Shown here in pieces: positions 1 to 7,677 of a stretch of DNA of 39,352 nt (position 1 is the stretch's first letter; every line of letters starts with the position of its first letter). The DNA comes from a virus (Duplodnaviria; Caudoviricetes): IMG/VR virus record IMGVR_UViG_3300033475_000077, positions 1-39,352 of that record; one strand, given 5' to 3'. The translations under genes were made by a program, and so were the position numbers. The notes beneath the pieces are model-generated. The model saw only the letters and a program-made list of their open reading frames with translations, made no database searches and had not been told where the DNA came from.

Positions 1-127
1 GCGGTCACCATTGACGAATCTCCGCGAAACTTTCGCGTATCATTTGCCCTACTTTTTCGCATTTGCTCTCTCTACCTTTGGTTGCAGAGAGAGCGAGGAA
101 CGGCACGCTGATGAACGGAAAGGAGGA
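1..127. repeat. Terminal direct repeat, copy 1 (circular assembly overlap)
   Basis: 1-127 is identical to 39226-39352; 127 is a standard assembler k-mer length; the CII-like gene runs through the junction. Confidence 0.95.
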
Positions 128-266
128 CGACGAACTGCAGCCGACCTGGTGGATTACGCGAATGAACGAACTTCTATGCCGGACGTGGCGGATCATCCGC
201 GACGAGGCCGTGACTGACGACGACAGACGAGACGCACGCGGGAACGTGCGGGACGATGAGGGCTGA
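110..266 (+). CDS. Small acidic hypothetical protein, antisense to the cro operon
   Basis: GAGGA upstream of ATG 110; protein-like composition (MNGKEDDELQPTWW...). Confidence 0.35.
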
Positions 267-269
267 GGC

Positions 270-497
270 ATGGTGACGCTTGGGGAAGCGATCACCGCCT
301 GCCTGACGCGCGCCGGTCTGCGGCTGCGCATTGAGCAGTGGGAGGCGATGCAAGCCGAGCGGGCGAACGACAACATCAGGTGCGGGATCCATACAGGCAC
401 TCGCGAACCTGCGTCACAGACATCGGGTAACCGCGCCGGCGGACATCCTCGACGATGTGATCCAATCCCCAGCGCTTCTTGCGATGAAGCTCCTTGA
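270..497 (+). CDS. Small hypothetical protein, antisense to the cro operon
   Basis: GAGG upstream; directly follows 110-266; 3' part overlaps the minus-strand gene. Confidence 0.3.
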   Translation: MVTLGEAITACLTRAGLRLRIEQWEAMQAERANDNIRCGIHTGTREPASQTSGNRAGGHPRRCDPIPSASCDEAP

Positions 498-915
498 TAT
501 GGGCGTGGATATCGAAGGGAGCCTGTGTGGAGGAGGGGGGAACGCGCACATCGGGCACCTTCCGCGGCGCGTCGGGCTCGCCTATGCCCAACTCTCGGGC
601 GCGATGGATGGCCATGTAAATTGTCGGGATCGAGACACCGATGCATTTCGCAACCACCTTCAGTGTCAGCCCCTCTCTGACGAGAGCCATCACTTCTGGC
701 AGTCTTGCGTCGGTTATCTTGATCTTTGCTCCCCGAACGGCCGGTTCGATCTCTCCTGCTTTGATCATGGGATGGAATCGCCTGCCAACCGTGCTCTTGG
801 AGATACGGAACGTTCGCGCAATGGTCGCATTCGTCATTCCCAGGGCGCGCATTTCGAGCGCGCGCTTCGTCTGGCGGGCAACGGTCTCGGCCGAGACGAA
901 CTTGCGGTAGGCCAT
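376..915 (-). CDS. Tandem helix-turn-helix DNA-binding protein
   Basis: Two HTH-like segments (GMTNATIARTFRISKSTVGR; GLTLKVVAKCIGVSIPTIY); start overlaps the upstream stop (TGATG). Confidence 0.75.
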   Translation of the reverse strand: MAYRKFVSAETVARQTKRALEMRALGMTNATIARTFRISKSTVGRRFHPMIKAGEIEPAVRGAKIKITDARLPEVMALVREGLTLKVVAKCIGVSIPTIYMAIHRARELGIGEPDAPRKVPDVRVPPSSTQAPFDIHAHIKELHRKKRWGLDHIVEDVRRRGYPMSVTQVRECLYGSRT

Positions 916-1205
916 CAATCTTCCTCCACGTCACACGGCGGCTGCGGCAGCTCGTCTGCAGGCAACGTCACCGGCTCATCCTCGCCCCGTATCTCGGCCA
1001 TGAACTGCTCAAGCGGAGGGAATTCGACACCGTGCTTCCGCGTGACTTCGCGAAGGGCGTCGACGCATTGGCGGAGGGTCATTTGAGGCTCGGCCGGCAA
1101 CGTCACCGGCACGGCCAGCATCGCCTCGATTTCGGAACGGGGCTGGGGTGGTACCCATTGACCTGGGATCTGGAAGCGCGGGTCGAGGATGGAGCGGACG
1201 GTCAT
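915..1205 (-). CDS. Hypothetical protein
   Basis: ATGA coupling; internal PVTLPA repeat. Confidence 0.65.
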   Translation of the reverse strand: MTVRSILDPRFQIPGQWVPPQPRSEIEAMLAVPVTLPAEPQMTLRQCVDALREVTRKHGVEFPPLEQFMAEIRGEDEPVTLPADELPQPPCDVEED

Positions 1206-1504
1206 CGTGCGAACACCTGAGAAGCGGTCATCACCACCATGCGGCCAGCGGCAATCTCTTTCTCGCGCCATTTCTGGCGACGTGCTTCCGCCGCCTCTTT
1301 CTTCGCGACCTTCTGCTCCGCGGCTTCCGCTTCATCGAGCAGCGCAACTGCGAGCGCTTTCGCCTCAACGATGGTCAGATTGACCGAAGCCGCTATGGTC
1401 GCACTTGCACCGCCACGCCAAGCGCGCGCCCGAATGTCGCAGGCGATGGTGATGTGTCCATCCGAATTGCATTTGAGGGCCCTGAATGCTGCCTTCTTGC
1501 TCAC
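1202..1504 (-). CDS. Hypothetical protein
   Basis: GTGA coupling with GGAGG RBS. Confidence 0.7.
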   Translation of the reverse strand: MSKKAAFRALKCNSDGHITIACDIRARAWRGGASATIAASVNLTIVEAKALAVALLDEAEAAEQKVAKKEAAEARRQKWREKEIAAGRMVVMTASQVFAR

Positions 1505-1677
1505 AGCATCACCTCCTGCTCCACGGGCGACGTGTCGACGCCGATCAGCCGGAACGCATCGAGGATCTGCAGGACATGACGTTCGTTGACCCCGGTGTCG
1601 CGGGTGATCTGCCAGAGCTTCCGGCCGGCTCGCTTCATGGCCAAGATCGTGTCGGCGGTTTGCTTGCGGTCGGTCAT
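1501..1677 (-). CDS. 58-aa HTH-like protein (below the ORF-track cutoff)
   Basis: Hand translation MTDRKQTADTILAMKRAGRKLWQITRDTGVNERHVLQIL...; coupled at both ends. Confidence 0.65.
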   Translation of the reverse strand: MTDRKQTADTILAMKRAGRKLWQITRDTGVNERHVLQILDAFRLIGVDTSPVEQEVML

Positions 1678-1760
1678 CGCACGTCCATCGCGTCCATCGC
1701 CTCTCGCGCGATGTCGCCGAAGATCAGGCCCGCAAGGATGAGGGCGAGAGCGAGTGTCAT
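1674..1760 (-). CDS. 28-aa hydrophobic micro-protein
   Basis: MTLALALILAGLIFGDIAREAMDAMDVR; ATGA overlaps at both ends. Confidence 0.55.
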   Translation of the reverse strand: MTLALALILAGLIFGDIAREAMDAMDVR

Positions 1761-1975
1761 GCTACGGGCTCCAATCTCTTGGGTTCCGAAAACCGCAGCC
1801 GCCCCTTGCCGACGAGCGCCAGCGCAGTCGACGGCATGAACGGAAGAAACTCACCAGCGCAGAGGAGGCGCTGCTTTTGAATGACTGCAGAGCCGCCCTC
1901 GGTGACTGCCTTGAGCAGGTTGCGCTCTGCATCCGTCAGGCCGTCTTTGGGGCGCTTGGCGCGTTTGATGATCAT
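1757..1975 (-). CDS. Hypothetical protein
   Basis: ATGA coupling to both neighbours. Confidence 0.6.
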   Translation of the reverse strand: MIIKRAKRPKDGLTDAERNLLKAVTEGGSAVIQKQRLLCAGEFLPFMPSTALALVGKGRLRFSEPKRLEPVA

Positions 1976-2133
1976 TGCGCCGCGCTCCAGAACTCGATTG
2001 CGATCCACAGCAGAAACGACAGCCCAGCCAGCGAAACCAGGAGACTACCGATCGAGGCCAGGGTGCTCTGGAACGGCGTGAGAAACCGTTCGGGGAACAT
2101 CTGGCGCGAGGTCTCAGTGAATAGCGTGCTCAT
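1972..2133 (-). CDS. 53-aa single-TM membrane protein
   Basis: Hydrophobic stretch LASIGSLLVSLAGLSFLLWIAIEFW; ATGA coupling. Confidence 0.6.
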   Translation of the reverse strand: MSTLFTETSRQMFPERFLTPFQSTLASIGSLLVSLAGLSFLLWIAIEFWSAAQ

Positions 2134-2216
2134 CGGGGAAGTCCTGCGTTGAACAGGCACCAAGCGGCGCCCGCGATTGCGACGAGGAGGAGGATGAGGA
2201 GGAGGGTGCGGGTCAT
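2130..2216 (-). CDS. 28-aa single-TM micro-protein
   Basis: MTRTLLLILLLVAIAGAAWCLFNAGLPR; start overlaps the cro stop (ATGA). Confidence 0.6.
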   Translation of the reverse strand: MTRTLLLILLLVAIAGAAWCLFNAGLPR

Positions 2217-2470
2217 GCTGCCCGCCTGCGGGGGCGTTTAACCCGATTGGGATCGACAGGATTGGGAGGAAGTGCGGCTAGTTCTTCGATGGTGAGGCCC
2301 ATCTTCTTGGCCTCGGGCAGGGCAACAATCAGGTGCCTTACCTCCGCCGGGATGCGTCGCCCTGGCTGTGTCCAATAAAAGACGGTGCTGTACGACTGAA
2401 TGCCCAGGCTACGAGCTACCGCTGCAGGGCCTCCAAGATCACGAATGAGAGCTGCATGTGTCTGAACCAT
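2213..2470 (-). CDS. cro: Cro-like repressor
   Basis: LIRDLGGPAAVARSLGI...TVFYW...IPAE Cro-like HTH; divergent from the Xre repressor. Confidence 0.85.
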   Translation of the reverse strand: MVQTHAALIRDLGGPAAVARSLGIQSYSTVFYWTQPGRRIPAEVRHLIVALPEAKKMGLTIEELAALPPNPVDPNRVKRPRRRAA

Positions 2471-2480
2471 GCCCCATAGT

Positions 2481-2563
2481 ATTGGCTATTTGCCAATCGC
2501 GCAAGAGGATATCTGCCAATGGCGTTTCTTTGGCAAACACCTGAAAATTGGCATTATGTCAAG
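2481..2563. promoter_or_regulatory. Immunity-switch operators (OR-like)
   Basis: ATTGGCTATTTGCCAAT (2481-2497), half-sites near 2504-2520 and 2529-2535, and ATTGGCATTATGTCAAG (2547-2563) over the cI start. Confidence 0.75.
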
Positions 2564-2900
2564 AACGGCCAGACCGCCCGCTTATTCAGATATCCAAGCC
2601 GAGATCGGAGCCCGCATCCGTCAGGTGAGGGAGATCTATGAGATTGATCAGGCTGAGTTGGCGCGCGCCCTGGAGATCGACGCCTCGACGCTAAACAAAA
2701 TTGAAAAAGGGACGCGATCCCCAAGTATTTTCAACATAATCAGTTTAGCCAATCGCCTCCGGGTCTCCGCAGACTTTCTTTTGCGAGGGCAGCTTGTGGC
2801 CCGCATGGATGAGGAGCTTGCTCTTCATCTTGCGGCAAAACACCCGAATTTGGCGCCGCCCATTCGCAGGGGGAAGGACAGGGGCATAGACTTTTCTTGA
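2556..2900 (+). CDS. CI-like Xre-family HTH repressor with no peptidase domain
   Basis: IGARIRQVRE...DQAELARALEIDASTLNKIEKGTRSPS...LANRLRVSADFLLRG. Confidence 0.9.
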   Translation: MSRTARPPAYSDIQAEIGARIRQVREIYEIDQAELARALEIDASTLNKIEKGTRSPSIFNIISLANRLRVSADFLLRGQLVARMDEELALHLAAKHPNLAPPIRRGKDRGIDFS

Positions 2901-3040
2901 GGCAAGGAAGCGGCAAGCCAAGCTTTGTGTTGCCCATTTGGCCATCCCACGCTCTTGGAGTGCTGCGGCGCCCGTCGCCGCATAACCCATTATGACGATG
3001 CTGTCATAAACCTCTCGGTAATGGGAGGTGGTCCCGTGAC

Positions 3041-3568
3041 CTAAATTAGATCACGCTGCTCCTGTCTTTTTTGGGTTTTACCTGGATCTGGGGATTGACT
3101 CATTGAGTATCTCGACAGGATGTGCGCCCGCGCGATTTCCCTCAGTTGGGATAGGTAGACCTGGTACCACTCTATGAGAAGCGGAGTCGGGCAGACGACC
3201 GTTCGGCGCTGACTTGGCACGGGGAACTTGAGATAGATTACCCCGTAATTTTCCAGCTCATGAAGCTCGGCCTGGATGGCGGTTTTGCTGGCCAGGGATC
3301 GAAATTGCCTCTGGTAATAGGAAACACGCTCGGCGATTCCGTCGCAGTGCAAGATCGTTATGCGCCGAAGGATAGCATCCCTTAAGGGGTCCGGCCGACG
3401 CCGAGCCCGAAAGAGCCTGGCAATCGCTGCGTATCTCCAGTCCAAGAACTGCTCGATAAAGCGCAGGTCGAAGGCCGCCTCGGCGTCTAGTAAAGCAGCC
3501 TTGGCTTTGGGCACTCGGTGAGGCGGAACGGGGCCGGCGGCACGTCTAGGCATTCCCCAGGATACCAC
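3041..3568 (-). CDS. Accessory protein, possible winged-helix fold
   Basis: SKTAIQAELHELENYGVIY...RRTVVCPT resembles wHTH; lower GC; start uncertain. Confidence 0.55.
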   Translation of the reverse strand: MVSWGMPRRAAGPVPPHRVPKAKAALLDAEAAFDLRFIEQFLDWRYAAIARLFRARRRPDPLRDAILRRITILHCDGIAERVSYYQRQFRSLASKTAIQAELHELENYGVIYLKFPVPSQRRTVVCPTPLLIEWYQVYLSQLREIARAHILSRYSMSQSPDPGKTQKRQEQRDLI

Positions 3569-3702
3569 GCGGTTTCTTGCCTGGGAATTACAAGGGCTCC
3601 GGGCGCTGGCGACGCGACGGAGTTGTCACGCGCCGAAAAGCAGGCATCCTGCGCAGGGGCGCGAGCATTTACGCTTGCACAAGGAAATTACGCGGGGCCG
3701 GG

Positions 3703-3882
3703 ATGACGACCTACATTAGAGACTTGGAAGAGTGCCCAAACTGGCTCTGCCGCGAAGGCGGGGCCTGCCGGTCTGCGGGCGACGGCGATGGCTGCCGCGA
3801 CAAGGCAGCGGTCGAAGCCAGGAAAGCGGAACTGGCGCTCGTCAGGGCACGCAAGGCCCGGAGCGATCAGGCGCCTGACTAG
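3703..3882 (+). CDS. Small Cys-rich protein
   Basis: MTTYIRDLEECPNWLC...C...C; followed by a terminator-like hairpin. Confidence 0.45.
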   Translation: MTTYIRDLEECPNWLCREGGACRSAGDGDGCRDKAAVEARKAELALVRARKARSDQAPD

Positions 3883-3929
3883 CCGCGGCGCCCGATAGGC
3901 AGGAGCCAAGGCGGCTTATTGCGCCATTA

Positions 3930-3958
3930 GAAGGCCGGTAGCCACGCCGGCCTTCTTT
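3930..3958 (+). terminator. Intrinsic terminator-like hairpin
   Basis: GAAGGCCGG-loop-CCGGCCTTC followed by TTT. Confidence 0.55.
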
Positions 3959-4025
3959 CCCACGCCATCCCTACATTCGTGAGAGGATAGCGCGCCCGCT
4001 CGCGACGAGACCCTCATTTTAGAAG

Positions 4026-4074
4026 ATTGGCAAAATGCCTTGACACGCGGCTTGCGACTTGGCTAAATGCCAAC
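4026..4074 (+). promoter_or_regulatory. PL-like sigma70 promoter with two operators
   Basis: TTGACA 4040-4045 and GCTAAAT -10 region; operators ATTGGCAAAATGCCTTG (4026-4042) and CTTGGCTAAATGCCAAC (4058-4074). Confidence 0.8.
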
Positions 4075-4114
4075 ACACCACCCGGCATCACCGGACGCAA
4101 GAGGGATAGAGAGA

Positions 4115-4564
4115 ATGGGAACCAGAGCGCAATTCTTCATCGGAGACCCGCAAGACATCCAAGGTCGAGTGTGGCTCGGGACTGTCGGTTGGGATGGTTA
4201 TCCCGATGGTGATATGGCGCCGCTAGCTGACTGCTCCACAGAGCAACGGTTCCGCGAAGTCCTCAATGACATCGTCAGCAAGCGCCGCGACTATTGCGAT
4301 CCGAATACGAACGATTTTCCTTTCCCCTGGAAGGACGACCTATTCCTGACCGACTGCACTTACGCATTTCGCGATGGGGCGGTTTATTTCAACTATTTCC
4401 ACAGCCGGCCCATGCCGATGGCCGAATACCTCGGCATGACGGAAGAGCAGCTTGAAGCCTACAGAGAAGGTGGCGACTTCCTTCCCAGGAATGTGCTGGC
4501 CCCGTTGAATGTGGGGGCTCCTCCGGGCCCGGACAGCATCATGTTCATTACGGAATCGCGGTAA
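4115..4564 (+). CDS. Conserved phage hypothetical protein (MGTR...WDGYP)
   Basis: First gene after PL; motif recurrent in phage early genes. Confidence 0.75.
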   Translation: MGTRAQFFIGDPQDIQGRVWLGTVGWDGYPDGDMAPLADCSTEQRFREVLNDIVSKRRDYCDPNTNDFPFPWKDDLFLTDCTYAFRDGAVYFNYFHSRPMPMAEYLGMTEEQLEAYREGGDFLPRNVLAPLNVGAPPGPDSIMFITESR

Positions 4565-4588
4565 CCACCACCCAACCGGAGCACAGCG

Positions 4589-4954
4589 ATGACCAATCTA
4601 CGCCCCTACGAACCCGGCCGCGATCCGCTGACGGGTTACGTCACCCGCGATGGCCGGAAGGTTCGGATACTGGCGACTGATATGAAGAAAAGTAACGGAA
4701 CAAAAATCGTCGGTTTGGTTTCTTGTGAACAGACCGAAGGGATTCAGTCTTGGCATGAAGATGGGTCGGTCATCGCGGGAGTTAAGCACGATCTGGATCT
4801 CATGTGCGCGCCCGAGCTCCGCACAATATGGCTCAACATCTATGATCTCGGCGCGGTGTATAGCTACGAAACCAAAGAGAAGGCTCATGCAGGCACGAGG
4901 TGTGGCTGCATCGCCTGCATCAAGGTCACCTTCACCGAAGGCGAAGGGCTATGA
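4589..4954 (+). CDS. Conserved phage hypothetical protein (TRDGRKVRI)
   Basis: GGAG RBS; recurrent phage motif. Confidence 0.8.
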   Translation: MTNLRPYEPGRDPLTGYVTRDGRKVRILATDMKKSNGTKIVGLVSCEQTEGIQSWHEDGSVIAGVKHDLDLMCAPELRTIWLNIYDLGAVYSYETKEKAHAGTRCGCIACIKVTFTEGEGL

Positions 4955-5121
4955 CCCCGCAATCCACCCCCGCCAACCTCGCCGACCTTGAGGCCGCCAC
5001 GCGCCTGCTGGACATCGCGCTGAGCCTGGGCGTCGCGGAGGATGACCCGCTGGTGGCTGAGGCGCTGGAGCGGATCGAGCGGGATCGGGCGATGTTGGCA
5101 AGGGAAGGGTGGGTGCAGTGA
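4951..5121 (+). CDS. Hypothetical protein
   Basis: ATGA coupling. Confidence 0.65.
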   Translation: MTPQSTPANLADLEAATRLLDIALSLGVAEDDPLVAEALERIERDRAMLAREGWVQ

Positions 5122-5432
5122 AAACGTTGGAAATCCTGAAAGCTGCGCGGGCGAAGATCGAGAAGCCGGAGTGCTGGACGCAGGACTTTTATGCAAGATC
5201 GGCTTCTGGAAAGAAAGTTGTTGCAAGAAGTCCGGCAGCGGTTTGCTGGTGTAGCTACGGCGCTCTCCAGTCAGTGATGAAGGCGAAATTGCTTCCTATC
5301 GAAATCGTGCTTCTTCTTGAGCGGCCAATGCACGGATGCATTGCAGATTTCAACGACACCCACACGCACGCTGAGGTTCTCGCCGCCTTCGACGCGGCGA
5401 TTGATCTGGCAGCGAAGGAGCCCACACCATGA
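5118..5432 (+). CDS. DUF6197-like protein
   Basis: WTQ...CWCSYGA...FND.HTHAEVLAAFDAAI pattern. Confidence 0.7.
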   Translation: MKTLEILKAARAKIEKPECWTQDFYARSASGKKVVARSPAAVCWCSYGALQSVMKAKLLPIEIVLLLERPMHGCIADFNDTHTHAEVLAAFDAAIDLAAKEPTP

Positions 5433-5797
5433 ACAACATCGACAGAGCCGCCACCGCAGCGGGCGCCATCAACGCCTTTCGCGCCAAGATTGCCGGCATT
5501 CGCTTCGAATATCCGCACCTGATGGTGACCTCCCTGGCGGATGATCTGAATGCGGCCGAACGCATCGTGGGTCTCGCACAGCAGATGGAAGACGAGGCAT
5601 CGCGTATCGCGCGGCGGAATCCGCATAGCGAAACCGCGTCCGAGGCGATGCAGCTCGATGGCGGAATCTGTGACCTGATCCATCAGTTTCTAACCGGCGG
5701 CATTCTGCAGGCGATCGAGAAGCGAGCCGATGGTGAGGATGGGCCTGAGATGACGGCGCATCGGAACAGGCAGGATGCGCTTCGGAGGGTCGCGTGA
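5429..5797 (+). CDS. Hypothetical protein
   Basis: AAGGAG RBS; ATGA coupling. Confidence 0.7.
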   Translation: MNNIDRAATAAGAINAFRAKIAGIRFEYPHLMVTSLADDLNAAERIVGLAQQMEDEASRIARRNPHSETASEAMQLDGGICDLIHQFLTGGILQAIEKRADGEDGPEMTAHRNRQDALRRVA

Positions 5798-6021
5798 TGC
5801 TGATCGCAACGGTTGAGGACGTGCTGCGGGTGAATGAAACAGAAGTCGATTGGGCGGCTATTGCGCGAAAGTTGGGCTGCAATGTTGATGAGACCTACGA
5901 TGCAGTTATTCGCCTTTACCGGCATGGTTTTATAAATCACGGCCTCACCAACATCACCCCAGACGGCCATGAGTTCATCCGCCGCGCTGAGGCTGGGTGG
6001 CCGGCTGAGGAGGTGGGGTGA
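5797..6021 (+). CDS. Small winged-helix protein
   Basis: IARKLGC...AVIRLYRHGFI...ITPDG. Confidence 0.65.
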   Translation: MLIATVEDVLRVNETEVDWAAIARKLGCNVDETYDAVIRLYRHGFINHGLTNITPDGHEFIRRAEAGWPAEEVG

Positions 6022-6230
6022 TGCACATCATAGAAGTTACCCACAGGCACCGGAATGACTTTCATTTCATTGCCTACTGCCGACATTGCAACAAGAAATC
6101 CAAACATGGCGACGGATACGCAGATCACTATTATCAGGCGGTCGTGTTCCCCCATCGTCACTGCGAGCATTGCGGCATGGACGAATACGGTGAGCGCGCC
6201 GCCCTCGAAGCCCCGCTCGGGGAGAAGTGA
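6021..6230 (+). CDS. Small zinc-finger protein
   Basis: CRHC and CEHC pairs. Confidence 0.7.
   Translation: MHIIEVTHRHRNDFHFIAYCRHCNKKSKHGDGYADHYYQAVVFPHRHCEHCGMDEYGERAALEAPLGEK
6193..6230 (+). repeat. 38-bp direct repeat, copy 1
   Basis: 36/38 identical to 6850-6887. Confidence 0.9.
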
Positions 6231-6231
6231 A

Positions 6232-6609
6232 GTGAAAGCTTTGAGCATTCGGCAGCCTTGGGCCTGGATGATCCTCCATGCTGGGAAGGATATCGAGAAC
6301 CGCGACTGGCAGACGAAGTTCCGAGGAACTGTCTACATCCATGCTAGCAAATGGTTCAGGGATCAGGAGGTTTTCGAGACCTTTCAGGACATGAAACCAA
6401 TCATGAAGGAGGACCGCCCCCAGGCCACCATAGGCGACTTGCGGGCCATGTGCGGCATGATCGTTGGGACGGTCGATATTGTCGATTGCGTCTCCCAAAG
6501 CACGAGCCCGTGGTTTTTTGGGCGATACGGCTTTGTGCTGGAAAATCCGAAGCCGATTACGCCGTTCCCCGTGAAGGGAAAGCTCAACTTCTTCGAGGTG
6601 ACGCAATGA
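6232..6609 (+). CDS. ASCH domain protein
   Basis: KALSIRQPWAWMILHAGKDIENRDW...RG.VYIHAS signature. Confidence 0.92.
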   Translation: MKALSIRQPWAWMILHAGKDIENRDWQTKFRGTVYIHASKWFRDQEVFETFQDMKPIMKEDRPQATIGDLRAMCGMIVGTVDIVDCVSQSTSPWFFGRYGFVLENPKPITPFPVKGKLNFFEVTQ

Positions 6610-6887
6610 CCACTGAAACCGCAACGCTGCCGGCGCGTCTTGATGGCCATTGGGCCTCTGACGCCGGAGCTGAAATGGCGCGCTCCTATGCCAAGCGTCC
6701 TCGTGAAGAGCTGGTCATGGGGGACATGACCGATATGGAACTCGCGAACCATATCTATATGATCAACGAATTCGGCCCGGAGCTGATCATCGCTCAGACG
6801 GCCGTAAAGGAGCGCATTAGGTGGCTGTCAGCGCAATTGGCTTTGGCACAGCGCGCCGCCCTCGAAGCCGCGCTAGGGGAGAAGTGA
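6606..6887 (+). CDS. Hypothetical protein
   Basis: ATGA coupling; GAGG RBS. Confidence 0.7.
   Translation: MTTETATLPARLDGHWASDAGAEMARSYAKRPREELVMGDMTDMELANHIYMINEFGPELIIAQTAVKERIRWLSAQLALAQRAALEAALGEK
6850..6887 (+). repeat. 38-bp direct repeat, copy 2
   Basis: 36/38 identical to 6193-6230. Confidence 0.9.
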
Positions 6888-6888
6888 C

Positions 6889-7062
6889 ATGACCGTCCTC
6901 CGCGACACATCACTCGCGCTCGTCTTGGTCTTCGCCGTCGCCTACATGTTCTCCTGCTGGGGGTTGGACGCCATCCTCTCGCGCACGGACGTGGCGCAGG
7001 TCGCGGTGGCGTATCAACCGATGGTGCCGCTTGGGAGCCACACAGAAGGGATGGGGAAGTGA
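6889..7062 (+). CDS. 57-aa membrane protein (below the ORF-track cutoff)
   Basis: MTVLRDTSLALVLVFAVAYMFSCWGL...; GGGGAG RBS; stop overlaps the next GTG. Confidence 0.6.
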   Translation: MTVLRDTSLALVLVFAVAYMFSCWGLDAILSRTDVAQVAVAYQPMVPLGSHTEGMGK

Positions 7063-7250
7063 TTAAATACTACTGCGATCGATGCACGAAGGAAATTCCC
7101 AAAAGCAACAGTCACCTTGGCCGACTTACAGCGGTAGAGGGAAGGTTTGGAATTGAGGTCATGGTCAGCGTCGATGGGACTTGGAATGGTGGGAATGTCT
7201 GCCATCCATGCATCCGCCAGATAGTCGCTGCATCGGAGTCCATACCATGA
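7059..7250 (+). CDS. Small zinc-finger protein
   Basis: YYCDRC...VCHPC. Confidence 0.7.
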   Translation: MIKYYCDRCTKEIPKSNSHLGRLTAVEGRFGIEVMVSVDGTWNGGNVCHPCIRQIVAASESIP

Positions 7251-7432
7251 CCTCCGTCGCCATGCCTCTGCCGCCGCGCCCGTTTCGTGTCGACGCCAAC
7301 AGCGTGCGCCTGGCCCGCGTGAAGGCCGCCGCCTTGGAGGAGCGACGGGCAGCCGACCTCAGAAACCGAGGCTTCATCGCGCGGGCGACAGACCTGCAGA
7401 AGAAGGCCCGAGACATGAAGGAGTGCGCGTGA
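7247..7432 (+). CDS. Hypothetical protein
   Basis: ATGA coupling; GGAG RBS. Confidence 0.6.
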   Translation: MTSVAMPLPPRPFRVDANSVRLARVKAAALEERRAADLRNRGFIARATDLQKKARDMKECA

Positions 7433-7677
7433 TGCAGACCCACACGCTGCCCGCCTACGCCTGGCGACAGCCGGCGGACGATCTCTACGACGAGATTGAC
7501 GAACTCGCCCGCAAGCGCCGTCGCCTGAAGGCAGCGATCGAGGCCGCACCGTCACGCCGGCAGAAGCGCAAGCTTCGGCTCGAACTGCGCAAGGTCGAGG
7601 CCGACAAGGCAGCCAGGGAAGCTGAACACGAAGCATTTTCTGAAACGCCGGATGATGATTGGGAGGATGTGTTTTGA
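7432..7677 (+). CDS. Hypothetical basic/acidic helical protein
   Basis: AAGGAG RBS; TGATG coupling. Confidence 0.65.
   Translation: MQTHTLPAYAWRQPADDLYDEIDELARKRRRLKAAIEAAPSRRQKRKLRLELRKVEADKAAREAEHEAFSETPDDDWEDVF

Noticed and set aside
1-127. 127-bp terminal repeat as a biological DTR
   Set aside because: The length equals a common assembler k-mer and it falls inside an early gene; P22/Sf6-type terminases usually give circularly permuted ends
5-934. 309-aa minus-strand ORF
   Set aside because: Alternative frame over the HTH gene; Ser/Arg-rich, although an ATG at 376 is coupled to the upstream stop, so a shorter version is not fully excluded
3600-3655. Hammerhead-like CTGGCGA...GAAA
   Set aside because: The core deviates from CUGANGA and stem II does not abut GAAA
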